This document shows positions 40,781 through 52,654 of a DNA stretch of 64,000 nt, piece after piece. A model generated the notes under the pieces. The model was not told the DNA's origin and searched no databases. It saw only the letters and a list, made by a program, of their open reading frames with translations. The stretch comes from Botryllus schlosseri (lineage: Eukaryota), in assembly GCA_051294905.1 (NCBI GenBank), contig CM119371.1, positions 39,682,001 to 39,746,000 on the forward strand, written 5' to 3'. Position 1 is the first letter of the stretch; every line of letters starts with the position of its first letter. Made by a program: the position numbers and the translations under genes.

Positions 40781-41123
40781 TTGAGTGACTTTCTCCTCAC
40801 GCGAACACCAATTTTGGCGCGCAGATTTCATACTGCAGACAGACAAAGCGCTCTCATAATGGCGGCTTGCAGATAGTTGTCGGTTTGGCTTTAGTCGCGT
40901 TCAGGGATTAATCAGTCATTTGAGGCTCGACCAAGCATATTTCTATAGAGGAATACCGAAAACTGCTCTGTGCATGTTCATTTATATATGTTTCATATAA
41001 AACATTATGTATTATTTAATATCATCGCGTGGTGGCCGCTCACATTCGTTATTCTTCATTGGGATTAAAGGTTTTTGTAGTTCTGTCTCTAATAGTGCAG
41101 TGACTGCTCGGCGAGACGTGATA

Positions 41124-42895
41124 ATGTCCGTATATGAAATCGAACAGAGGAAGGAAAGACGAAAGCGATACCAAAAAGAGTGGGTACGAACCAAGCGAGC
41201 TAGAATTGCCGACTTTAAGAGACAGAACGATTCATCATCGTCAAGTGATGTCAACACCTACTCCGAAGACCCGAGTAGCAGTGGTGACGACTGTATGCCT
41301 GAACCTTCAGCTATGTCTCACCGTTTACACGATGATTATTTGGACACGCCTGCGTCTAACGAAGTAAAGTCACCCGAGTTAGATGATATGACCCGCGATT
41401 CTGAGGATGACGATGCTGAGCTTAAGATTGAAACATTTAAGACTGGACTGGCTCATTGGGTTTCTGTCTGCAATGTTACGCAGAGTGCAACGGATATGCT
41501 GTTACGATTCTTACGAGAAAAGGGATCTAATATTGATTTGAAACAACTTCCTGCAACGGCTAGATGCTTACAGAAAACAGCAAGACAAATTGCCCTGAGA
41601 GAAATTTCACAGATGCAGTATTATTATCTTGGTTTGGCCGTGGAATTAGATAAAATAATGAAGACCTATGCAATATCTGAAGTCGAAAATATTTGCAACC
41701 TTGAATTGTCCATGAATATTGATGGTTTACCAATCTTCAAGAGCTTAAAAAGTAGTTTATGGCCGATATTGCTTTGCATTGACAACTTAGAACCCCAAAA
41801 AGTATTTCCTGTTGCTCTAGCTTATGGGGAGTCGAAGCCGCAAAACCTTGACTTTATGCAGGATACAATCGATGACCTTAAAATATTATTACGGGATGGT
41901 TTCTATTTTGGTAACAAGACATACTCTGTTACATTAAAATGTATTATTGCAGATGCCCCAGCTTGTGCTATGATAAAACAAATCAAGCAATTCTCTGGTT
42001 ATTCATCTTGCGGAAAGTGTACCATTAGGGGTATCTATATCAGTAATCGAATGACATTTGCCAATTCTGCTCATTGCGAATTGCGAAGTAATTTATCATT
42101 TCGCAATCAAGCTGATCCAGAACACCATGTGGGCTTTACGCCTTTTTGCCAACTCCCTATTGACATGGTAGATGTGTTTGTAATCGACTATATGCATTCG
42201 GTCTGCCTAGGTGTCATGAAAAGGCTGTTAAAATGGTGGACTTCCAATAAAGGTCCAAGGAGTGCTCGCCTTTCATCAGGTCAAATCGCGTTAGTGAACG
42301 CCAGACTATTAAATTTGAAGAGCTGTGTTCCAAAGATATTTGTACGCAAGCCTCGGTCCCTTTCAGAGCTAGATCGCTTCAAAGCTACTGAGTTTCGAAT
42401 GTTCATTTTGTATTTTGGCAAAATTGTGCTCAAAGGAATTTTGAGGGAAGATTTATACATTCATTTTTTAACACCAAGTGTTGCAGTTTGTATTCTTGTG
42501 TCTACTCATGTTACTAATGAATTAGCAGACTTTGCAGACAAGCTTCTCCAATCCTTTGTTCAAAAGAGTAGTGCGCTTTATGGCCAAGAATTTGTTGTGT
42601 ATAATGTCCACAGCTTACTACATTTATCGAAAGATGCTGTCAGATTTGGCGGCCTTGATAAATGTTCTGCATTCAAATTTGAGAACTACATGCAATCATT
42701 TTTGCGGAAAGTTCGATCCTAGGCAAAAGTCCATTATGCCAGATTGTAAAAAGGCACAGTGAAACTGTGCTAATGGAGTGTGTGGACTCTGCCAGTAAGG
42801 GAAAGGACCTGCCAGTGGCAGTGGAAAGACCGAACAATGCATATATCCTTAAAAATATGTCATGTTTTGAAATTTTGAAAGTTAATATAGGATAT
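41124..42895 (+). pseudogene. EnSpm/CACTA transposase (long ORF to 42722, then frameshifted tail)
   Basis: Motifs NIDGLPIFKS, LWPIL, ADAPACA, CGKC, DYMHSVCLGV, KATEFR, YNVHSLLHL and SAFKFENY. Continues GKSPLCQIVKR in another frame after an extra TA. Confidence 0.88.
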
Positions 42896-44390
42896 ATTTT
42901 CAATCAAAGCTATTGTGAACTGCATATCGATATAGTTCAAGATCTTTCCACTTGTTCACTTTGTAGTATTCTTCAGTCGTCATTTCCATGAATTCATCTC
43001 ACAATAGCCATTGCACACGAACCAGAAATTCTATATACCTTCTGTCATTATTTATATACGTAGCAAACTCTATAAAGGATCAAAGCCACAATATCACATC
43101 AATCTCGTGAGAAATGTAACATAGGCTACACGGTAATATTCACTAGTCATAACGACTCGCCACCGCTACCTAAATGTTGAGCTGTCCAACTAAATCCGAC
43201 GCAACTTCAAGAAATACACGACGAATCGCCTTGCACGCCATATAAAGAAGCGCTGAGCGATCTTGTTTTGGGTGCAGCCTTCTGACCGTGACCATTCTGC
43301 CGGCTAACAATGGGAGAACAATCGAGTCGTCACTCCAGTCATACTCTATAGTTGCACATTGCTATTGCCGCGACGTCGCCGCTCGGCCGCATCCTTGCTC
43401 TTGAGCTAGTCTCTCGTTTCGCCAGACAGCATTGTTGCGTCACACTGCCAATCGACTCGACAATGAATAATTTGGGGCTGATTGTGGGGGTTCCAGGGCC
43501 ATGAGTGGAATAAACTTTATATTTTCGCAAGCAGTACAGCGTCAGCTTTCGATTGATACCCGATTCATCAAATTTAATGCTCGGCAAGTCGGTCAAAAAT
43601 CACCGTCAAATTGCCTGTAGCCAAATGGAAACTGTGACGTGATACAATTTCATTGAACCGTGCGATTTGCTTGTGTCGACACCATATAGGACACTATGGT
43701 GAGACCATTTCTGGTCTATGAGATAAGCTTTGCTAGTGTGACGTCATATTGACAGACAATGTGCTCATACCTCATTTTGAAAGCCACTAGTGGGCGCTGA
43801 AGAGTGTCCGGAATTTGGATCACAGAAATATGGTAACCCTAGGCTACCGCCAGATCACGACTACACGACTACATCAAAGGAAGCGTATAAATATACCAAC
43901 TCGTCGTTAGCGGCACTGTTTTATCGTTTCTTAACTGTATTCAACGGGCCAATCATCGTATTTTTGTCGATTGCATTGTTCCCGAAGAAGGGTATTGCGA
44001 CTTTCAAGAACAAAACCCTTATGAGGTATGTATTATTATCTCTACATCTGCTTGATAATAAAGTATTGAAGTGAAAAGGCTACGCACGATGTAACATTTT
44101 GAAATATGTTGGCTGGTCCGGCCCGCGGGAGATTTGAAGGATTGAATTCGGCTTGCGACCCAATTTGAGTTTGACACTCCTGGCCTACGAGCTTTGTACA
44201 TTTTGAAAACTTTTGCTTCATTTTTTTTTGCAAAAAACGTGGTTATAATATAGTTTGCGTCAAATCATTGGGCATGCCATGAAAAATCATCTCGCTGGGG
44301 TTTGCCGACCCCTGAAGTAGACACTTCGCCCCTATTATGACAACGTATTAGGTGGAAGACCATCACACTCACCTTGACTCGTGGAGCTTG

Positions 44391-45195
44391 TGTAGCAGCC
44401 CTGCTTGCTACTGCCGCAGGTGACCAATATTATCGTTGTCACGCATGCTGTACCGTACTCGCTCTCTTTCGTGCTGGACTGTCTCGGCGAGCGGACTGTC
44501 TGCCGCTCGTCCGAGGTGTTGACGTGTATGCGCCGGTTTGTGTTACGTTGCTGGAATAAACACTTGCCTGTATCGTGAACAAAGGCCTCTACAGTGGCGA
44601 GCACGCCAGGACCACGGTACGGGTAGTGTGTTGTTGAAGATGGATTGGATTTCGGCCATGACATGAAGAGAGATACATTTTTGGAGGAGTGCTTTGCTAT
44701 GCTGGTTGAAGACTACTCGAACCACTTTGTTTTGCATGGACTGTGTTATCGGCGGAACTTTTGTATGTGTGTGCGTGTGTTGCAGTTCTTCGCCTGTAAG
44801 GATGGGATTGACGGGTCCTCCCTGTAAGGATGGGATGGACGGGTCCTCCCTGTAAGGATGGGATGGACGGGTCGGTTTTTTGTGGGTGTCCCTGTAAGGA
44901 TGGGATCGATGGATGTTGCAGTTGCTGAACGAGATATCGTGATATGGTGTTGGCAATCTGTATTAAGGTTCTGTGTTGCAGTCCTGTGGGTATAGGTGAA
45001 CTTGTTTGATGTCTTGCCGATTGTGATGTTACTGCTTTTTGAACGTGTTTCTCGGATGTATTGGATTGTGTGAGAGTGCCTGTTCGGGCACTTCTCAAGT
45101 TTAGGGAGATGTGATGTAGCAGCCCTGCTTGCTACTGCCGCAGGTGACCAATATTATCGTTGTCACCTGCGGCAGTAGCAAGCAGGGCTGCTACA
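44391..45195 (+). mobile_element. Miniature non-coding LTR retroelement (TRIM-like) with folded-back 3' LTR
   Basis: 5' LTR 44391-44593 (TG...CA, contains AATAAA). Primer-binding site (PBS) TGGCGAGCACGCCAGGA at 44595, tRNA-Arg-like. Purine tract before the 3' LTR start at 45115. TSD CTTG. Confidence 0.85.
44793..44906. repeat. Tandem repeat CCTGTAAGGATGGGAT(G/T)GACGGGTC (~28-bp period)
   Basis: Three adjacent copies plus one partial copy inside the LTR element. Confidence 0.85.
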
Positions 45196-45538
45196 CTTGC
45201 CTCTCCCTTAGCACTGGCAATGTTGTACACATTAGTCTGATTTCCGGACACGACGTTAACCAGGCTCTTTGTCAAATTAAGATTGACATTTTCTCCTTCG
45301 GCCAAAGTTGCGGATCCTAAGATACACGATATTATTGTATGCTAGTGAGGTTCCATACATATAGCCATATCATATAATAATGAGTAGGCTATATTCTATG
45401 TTTGATTTTCGGATCCATTCGGCATCTTATTTACACAACGAGCAAAATGTCCTATATTTAAATAACTTGAGCAACTGTTTTATATGAATAATACGAATTT
45501 TAAGTAATCTGAGCTCTAATACTACAGATATTACTTAC

Positions 45539-45614
45539 CGCTTGTGCCGGCTGACAGCGATGCAGGCATGGCACCAGCGATACCAGAATTGCGATCTTGA
45601 CCCCCTTCTGCCAT
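45539..45614 (-). CDS. First coding exon of gene A (MAEGGQDRNSGIAGAMPASLSAGTS)
   Basis: ACAATGG start context, GTAAGT donor, phase 1 matching exon 2. Confidence 0.75.
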
Positions 45615-46310
45615 TGTATTGAGAACGTGGTACTAATTAGATAGCGTATACTGAAAATACATATATTAATTACATTCTATGGAGCATCTCTGCTGAACAA
45701 CAAGCCGAGACTATGAATTCGGGGTACTGAATTCTTTGTTACATCTTATAGTTATATTTGAGTAATATGGACTGTCAACAGTCACATGTTCACAACTTAG
45801 TAATACCTTGTATTAAAGAAAAAACGATTTGTTTAAAAACAAATTGTATGAATTACATTATACGATCAGTTTGATTGACATGATCAATAGAAAATGCGAT
45901 ACACGATATCGAATTTATTTCAATTATTTTTCTCTAGACGCAAAACCAGGCACTTCTATGTCATGAAAATCTGAGATCCATATTACGCCAAACATGACAT
46001 GGCACCTGTCCTTCAAAAATAGCCTGACCAGCTTGTCCACTTCAACTGTGTGTCACATAGAGTGCAAAATTCGTCACTTTGTAATTCTTTCATAATAGAA
46101 GATGCTACGTTAAACGTAATTCGCGCCGTGGCGATATGTCAGCAGTGACAAATTTACCCTTCTCAAGTCATAACTTATAAGTAGATTTACAAGATTTTTG
46201 CAACGATATTGTCGACACCATTGGCATCAGCCATGAATCCATCATGGCGATGCATTGGTTCCGTGTACTTACGATCGATGTATAATTGTATATATATCAT
46301 GCACTTTGAC

Positions 46311-47731
46311 CAGGGGTGGGCAATTGTTTTCTTCCGCGGGCCAAATGAGAAGTACAAAATACGTTGGCGGGCCGAATGAAAAATTTTAGGTATATTTTCC
46401 ACAGGTATATCTAGAACTAGTTCTAGAAGTAGTTCTAGATATCCCTGATTTTCCAGCGTATTTTAATTTAATTTCTAAATGGCATTGTTGGTAATGTTGC
46501 CCTGTAAGTGTGTTGATGTTAGGTAATGAGATAGTGGCGGTTAATTAAAAAAATAATATATTTGTCGTCAAGACTCGAAACAATGTCAAACATGATACCT
46601 TTTTAATTCTATTTGAACCCTATCCACGTTCTTTATTAAGACACTAAAACAGTGGCTCACAAACTTTTTAGTCACGCTTCCTGTTATCATAGTGAAAAAA
46701 TTCGACCCCCTATCCTGATATCACAAAATATTAAAAAGAGCAGATAGAATGCTAGCAATACCAACGGATGGTGTGATGGAGTTTAAGGTTATGGCTGATG
46801 ATGGGACAATTCTGAAATATCAAGTCCGACAATACACAGAGCCATAACTAAATTAGCATAATCTCTGGGTAAATCGCGCCGTGTGCGAAAATTATTTTCA
46901 TTTAACTCCGGCTTCGCGCCCCTCTTCAGATGCTTTCGCGTCCGCCAGTTCGAAAACCACTGAAATATATGGCATAGTACACAGTATATTGTCTCGTTCA
47001 CTGTCTTCCCAGCAGTGTGCAGCTCAAATATCCTTGATGATTAGCCAAGCTTCAGTTTTTTTAGATTTCGCCCTATCTTGACCGAATGTTTCGTGTTTCT
47101 ACCATAATTACAATCCTTAATCTCGCCGACACGCTCGGCAAAAACTATAAGGATGGGTTTACTACTAACTCCAGTATACAAATATTCAGTGCTCTTATAG
47201 CCTTCTTTGAATTTCAGCTTTCGGCTTTCTTATTGACATGTCCTTTCATCCTTTATGGGGGATATATATGATGATTGATGAGTCATATAGTAATCGCGCT
47301 TTACGAATTAGGGATTTGGGATCGGGATTTGGGATTAGGGATCGCTTCACGTAACAATTTGAAACACATACCGTATAATGCATAATGCGTAATGCGACAA
47401 TGGCAACAAAGAAGGTTTGACCTATAAGCTATTTATGGAAAGAGTGACTTCTTGTGACTTTAATTGCTACTCATACTTTGCTACATTGCCTATATTTTGA
47501 ATCTGGATTATGCATGCGAGGTACGTAGGAAGCGTAATCGTGGCATAATAATGAACAGGTTTCAAAGTCAACGAATTTTCTGTTCAGTTGATACAGCCTA
47601 TGGTTTTAGTTCACGCGTCAACATTCAAAAAGCAGGTTATATTTGATGAATTCCAGGCAACCTTTCGCGGGCCGCACAGAATGGCTTCGCGGGCCGCATT
47701 TGGCCCGCGGGCCGCACTTTGCCCAGGTCTG
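46311..47731. mobile_element. hAT (Buster-type) MITE with nested inserts
   Basis: CAGGGGTGGGCAA...TTGCCCAGGTCTG, TSD ACTTTGAC/ACTTAGAC, GCGGGCCG subterminal motifs. Confidence 0.85.
46402..46447. mobile_element. 46-bp palindromic micro-MITE
   Basis: CAGGTATATCTAGAACTAGTTCTAGAAGTAGTTCTAGATATCCCTG with perfect TSD ATTTTCCA. Confidence 0.85.
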
Positions 47732-49167
47732 ACTTAGACTTTCAGAAGTGTAGATGAAAATACATTGTATTATTATGGCCTTTCATTTTTCGGTATCTTC
47801 ATTTGAAATTGAATTCGCTTCTAATTCTGCTACCCACAAGTTACCACTTTAATGAATATTAGTACTGCAATTTATAGATCATACTACGAAGTAAGTCAAC
47901 AAAAGATGCGATTGCCTTAGTCACCGGGCGATACGGTTTGTTTGTTTCTGTTGCTTTCGGAAGGTTTTACATAAAGTGGGCGGGTTGGGGGTGTTACACG
48001 TTATCCCTGTGATAAGTCCAAAGTTTGCAGTGTAGAATGTTCAGTGATTCGGAATTCGGAATATCAAACAGCGAAGTTGAACCTGTTACTACAGCCTGAA
48101 GATATCCCAAAGTATGTGAATGCAAGACCAAGCATTATCCGGTTGTGTGGGCGGTCCGGCCACATCCTAATTTTTGAGAATAAGGAAGCATGCAATGATA
48201 AAATCAATCATCAACCAGATTGCTGATGAGTTTCTCCAAAGTAATATCGGATGTTTTGCAGTATTTGAAACGCTCAGTTTATATGCACACATTTCGGAAC
48301 CCACCAGAATGTATTAGCGCGTTTCAGATAAGGCAATATCACTGGAAGTTGCATTCGTCAAGTGACACGACTGATTTTCAACTATCGCTTTGTATGCAGT
48401 TCAAGTAGAGTACTATCAAGAGAACGACGTAGTTCTAAACTGACACTCATTGCTACCAAGCATGCCATGCTGTTGGCTATGAATACACCAGGTATTCGAC
48501 TGAATTTTTTCAAGAAAGTCGCAATACTTAGCGATTGCTTATGTACATTGAATGCAATCATACATTCCAGGTTCTTCCTCAGTTCAGTAGCGAATGTAAT
48601 TATTGAGTTGGATCATGAGGTACGAAAAGAATAAGGCTCGATATATTTCGTATGATGTGTACCGGATCACTGTGGAATACGCGATAATGAGTCTACATAT
48701 CGTTCAGCAACTGCGGAAGCCTCCAACACGTATAAAAGTGGAAATCGTATCATTCGGCTCGCCGAGCTATAATCATGCTTGTAATGAACAAGTACATTTT
48801 ACAACACTGTAATTACGATTGGGACTGTACATATCAGTCAACAGATGCTGGTTGCTGGTTGCGGGAACATGACAGGAAAAGTAGATGGTTTTGCGGTCAA
48901 GATTGCACATTGGAGACCAAATTGCCATAGGATGCAGCAATTCAAAGTATGCCGTACTAAAGGAAGCGTAAACATAATCTGCTGAAGAACTGCGCTTTGT
49001 GCGACCATCGGGCATATCGGGCGTGCGACGCGTTTCTGAGCGGCGTCGCTGTTTCCGTATTCACGTTCCAACTTTGTTTGTTGCCAGGCCTTTGTTTGTT
49101 GCCACTGTTACGTCATACGTTTCCAAATAGTAAATTCTAATATAATGCAGTCAGCACACGTGGTTAG

Positions 49168-49592
49168 CAGAGATGAGCATGGATTAGGATTAGGTTTTGA
49201 AAAAACAGGATTTATGAAATTTTGTCGGATTTGGATTGGATTTGGATTATACATTTTTTTCAGAACGGATTAGGATTTGGATTGGATTGACCTATTTTCT
49301 GGGAGATTGAAATGTCGTGTGGCGAATGGCGACAAACTTTATTCAGATCAGTTATTAATGTACTTAAGGCTACTAAGTTATCTTGAATCAAGTGAATAGT
49401 TGGTTGTGAAAGAAAATTTTCGAATCCCTCCATTGCATAAATTAGTATTTTTTCTGAATTTCCAGTTGGAATCAGAAGGATTGGACATGGACTTGAATAT
49501 GTAAAATTGATGGATTAGGATATGGATGTGGATTTGAAGGTTCGGATTTGGATTGGATTAGGACATAGAAATTTCAAATCCGCTCATCTCTG
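49168..49592. mobile_element. hAT MITE with GGATT repeats
   Basis: CAGAGATGAGC...GCTCATCTCTG with perfect TSD GTGGTTAG. Confidence 0.92.
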
Positions 49593-49865
49593 GTGGTTAG
49601 CTACCGTCTGCACTTATATACGATATTATGTCAAAGCAATGAAAGTTGAGACTGAAAGCCGCCATTTCAACAAAATTTGAAGCGGTAAATCGGTATTTTT
49701 AGTTTGCGGTGAGCACCGAGAAGGTCTTCGAGTTCAAGGAATATAATTTGAGTCGGCATTATGAAAAAAATCCTGCAGCCAATACGCACACTCGACTGAT
49801 GCGAGCCTACTAGGAAAGTCAGCAAAACAGCAAGGCTATTCCCAAAGCCACGCAGAGCGAGGAAC

Positions 49866-51257
49866 CAGTGTTGGGATGACTCGAGTCATGACTTGACTCG
49901 AGTCAGACTCGAGTCAACTTTTTCGTATGACTTGACTTGACTCGAGTCACTTCGAAAAAATGACTTGACTTGACTCGGCGCTTCAAAAATGTGGATTGAC
50001 TCGTGACTCGGAGCAAAATTTACGAGTCAATTTCAAGTCATCAAATAAACGGTGTCGACTAAATCAATATATTTTGTGCATGTTCAGATTATTCACGATA
50101 CGACTTGTGAGAATAACCAGTCATTCACTGGTTGTACGTTTCACTGGTTGTACGTTTCACTGATCCTACATTGTTACATCACAAATCCTACATTGTTACA
50201 TCACAAATACACTGACCGCAAACGAAATGATCACAGTCACAGCTTGCGTTATCGTAGTAGTAGATTAATTTGATAGCAACGTATCGCTGTTTATTGGTAT
50301 CGCTGTCCTTACATTGCACGGTGCTCACCTTTACCAACCCTCTTGTATGTTTTTTTTTAATCGAACAAATATATTTTACGCATATCCTCACGCATGTGTA
50401 TAGATGGCTAGTGTATTGTACAATATCAATTTCTTCCATCTTCTCGAGGCTTCGTATTCGATCCTCTATTTTGGCAGCTGATAAGATAATGTATAGCATG
50501 TAGCTCAGAGTTGTCAAAGACGTCGCGGGTCGAATTCAAATATTCAGATCACTCGCGGGCCGCACCAGTCAATTGATTCCAAATTATTACTAACTCGTAA
50601 CTCAATATATGCACTTTTTCGCATTCTCGGAATTGGGTGTCAATGTCAGCGATTTTCTCCTGACGATGACTACACTCAAAACTCCACTGTCGAGTGGTTA
50701 TAATGTGATCTATGAATATTCTCAAAATTTGCTAACTTGAAGGAATATTTATTAGTAGTATTTCTTACTATAAATTCGAGAAATGTGTTGGATAAAATCA
50801 CGCAATTTTCAACACATAGCCTACTCAGAATTTCTTCACGGGCCGAATGAAATCATTTGGAGGGTCGTATGTTTGACACCCCTGATGTATAGCTATACTG
50901 ACATATTTTATTAGCAGTTCTACGTGTGCGTGAGCGATACAACGCATTTCTGCATGTATATTTACCTTTATATTCGTAATTTGATTCACGATAAATGAAC
51001 AATTGATCTCTTTAACACCGCTAGCAAAATATAATGAATTTGAATGATCATGATCACTCATACCCCGAAAATTCAATTTGACTTGAATTGTGACTTGACT
51101 CGTAACTTGACTTGACTCAAGTCACCTCCAAAAAACGAGTGACTTGACTTGACTCGAGTCACCTTTGAAAATCGATTGACTTGACTTGACTTGAGTCGAA
51201 ATGTGCAATGACTCGAGATGACTCGTGACTCGAAGGTAGTGACTTATCGCAACACTG
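49866..51257. mobile_element. hAT MITE with GACTCGAGTC/GACTT repeats; nested MITE at ~50505-50885
   Basis: CAGTGTTGGGAT...ATCGCAACACTG with TSD CGAGGAAC/CTAGGAAC; partial reverse copy at 30225-30391. Confidence 0.85.
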
Positions 51258-51724
51258 CTAGGAACGCAGCCAATATTAATACATCCACTTAGCAAAATGT
51301 GCCAACACTATAAGCCACTGCTATCGATTTAGAAATAATACTGAACGCCGCAAAACATAGTCTTAACTTTTTTCTGGGTCCGCGTTTTCGTCTTCATATT
51401 TGCCCCGCCGCAAAAAATTAACTCCATCACCGAAGAAAGGGCTTTCGGCACCATGGAGAAAAAATATAACTAGCTGGTCGTCTTGACGGTTCGCAAATAT
51501 TGCAATATGTAGTGAAACATGTTAGACAGATTTAATATCTATTTATGCTGTTCATATACAATATGTGGTATGGCTTTATTACATATTACTAATGTCGTTT
51601 CAAGTGAAATTATCTCGGTACGTAGCGTAAAATGGTGTTTCCCGAAATAAGCGTCACTCTAAACGTGTTCTCTGTTTTTATTCGTAACGTTATGTTCGAC
51701 ATGAGCCAGTATATCACTTTATGG

Positions 51725-52050
51725 TAGGGTTACCATACGCCCTCTTTTAAGAGGATTTGTCATATTTATTTACTTTTTTGAAAGTGTCCTCGGAGGACGC
51801 CCAAATGTTCTCTTTTTTTAAGAATTTAAGTTGAATATAGGGCCAGATTCAACTGGGATACAATGATTCAGCACTATAGTAACGCTCCGGTGGCTACGTC
51901 ACGAGCTGGACCGGAAAGTTGGCCTATTTTAGTCAACCGACCACGAAGTGGGAAAATTTACCATTTTTTCGGGATTTTCCTTCGGTTTCACAAGTTTGAA
52001 AATTTTGAAAAATTGTCCTCTTTTCAGATTTCCAAAATATGGTAACCCTA
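51725..52050. mobile_element. hAT (Blackjack-like) MITE
   Basis: TAGGGTTACCATA...TATGGTAACCCTA with TSD CTTTATGG/ATTTATGG. Confidence 0.88.
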
Positions 52051-52654
52051 ATTTATGGGGCACTGTGCATATAGTTCGGAAGATCTTGAATGCACCAGTG
52101 AATAAAATTTTGCTTAATCACTGTATTAATAAGTCTATGATCTATGCCTCTGCAGTCCGCACCGGTTTCTTCACTTAACACGATACTGTTATTTGACGTC
52201 TGATCTGGTGTATTACTCAGTAATATCAATTTGATTCCATCCATTTCTCGGGTCCTGAAAGTTTACTTCAATCTCGCCATTTTCCGTAGGGAACAGGATA
52301 CTACTCGGATCATGTGTATATTTACCAGTTGTACCGTGAATAAAGAATATAATAATTTCAGCGTATCTCAAAGCGATGTATTTCTGCAACGGTCATAAAA
52401 CTTAACAATTATGTTTATTACTGCGAAGTCATAACGAGGCAATGGAAGTTTCTGAACTTCTGAAGAAATCTGTTGATCGAGTCAATAAATATGTATTGCA
52501 GTCATATCACAGGATTCACGTTAATGTGGATCTACTGCTATCGATCATCTATCGCTGTATGTGTATACACATCATGAGTAAGGCAGTGCTAAACGAAATC
52601 AAATGTTTTTGTAAATATGGGTTCGAATGAATCACGAACTGAATATGTTGATGC

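Larger units (their letters stand above)
40186..42895 (+). mobile_element. EnSpm/CACTA (CMC) transposon, right end missing
   Basis: Left terminus CCCAGCAAACAC at 40186 followed by the transposase gene; no matching right TIR found. Confidence 0.7.
44373..45316 (-). pseudogene. Exon 2 of gene A, split by LTR-element insertion
   Basis: Removing 44391-45195 and one CTTG restores a 135-nt phase 1-1 exon, GSATLAEGENVNLNLTKSLVNVVSGNQTNVYNIASAKGEASSTSQ, with TAG acceptor and GTGAGT donor. Confidence 0.8.
12877..45614 (-). pseudogene. Spliced NLR-like LRR gene A, TE-disrupted, no NACHT exon visible
   Basis: Phase-compatible GT-AG exons: 45614-45539, 45316-44373 (interrupted), 37675-37329 and 16355-16251. 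Probable later exons: 14352-14239, 13229-13147 and 12891-12877; one linking exon is unresolved. Confidence 0.55.

Noticed and set aside
44335..45098. gag/pol coding capacity in the LTR element
   Set aside because: Short ORFs reflect tandem repeats and show no gag, protease, RT or integrase motifs.
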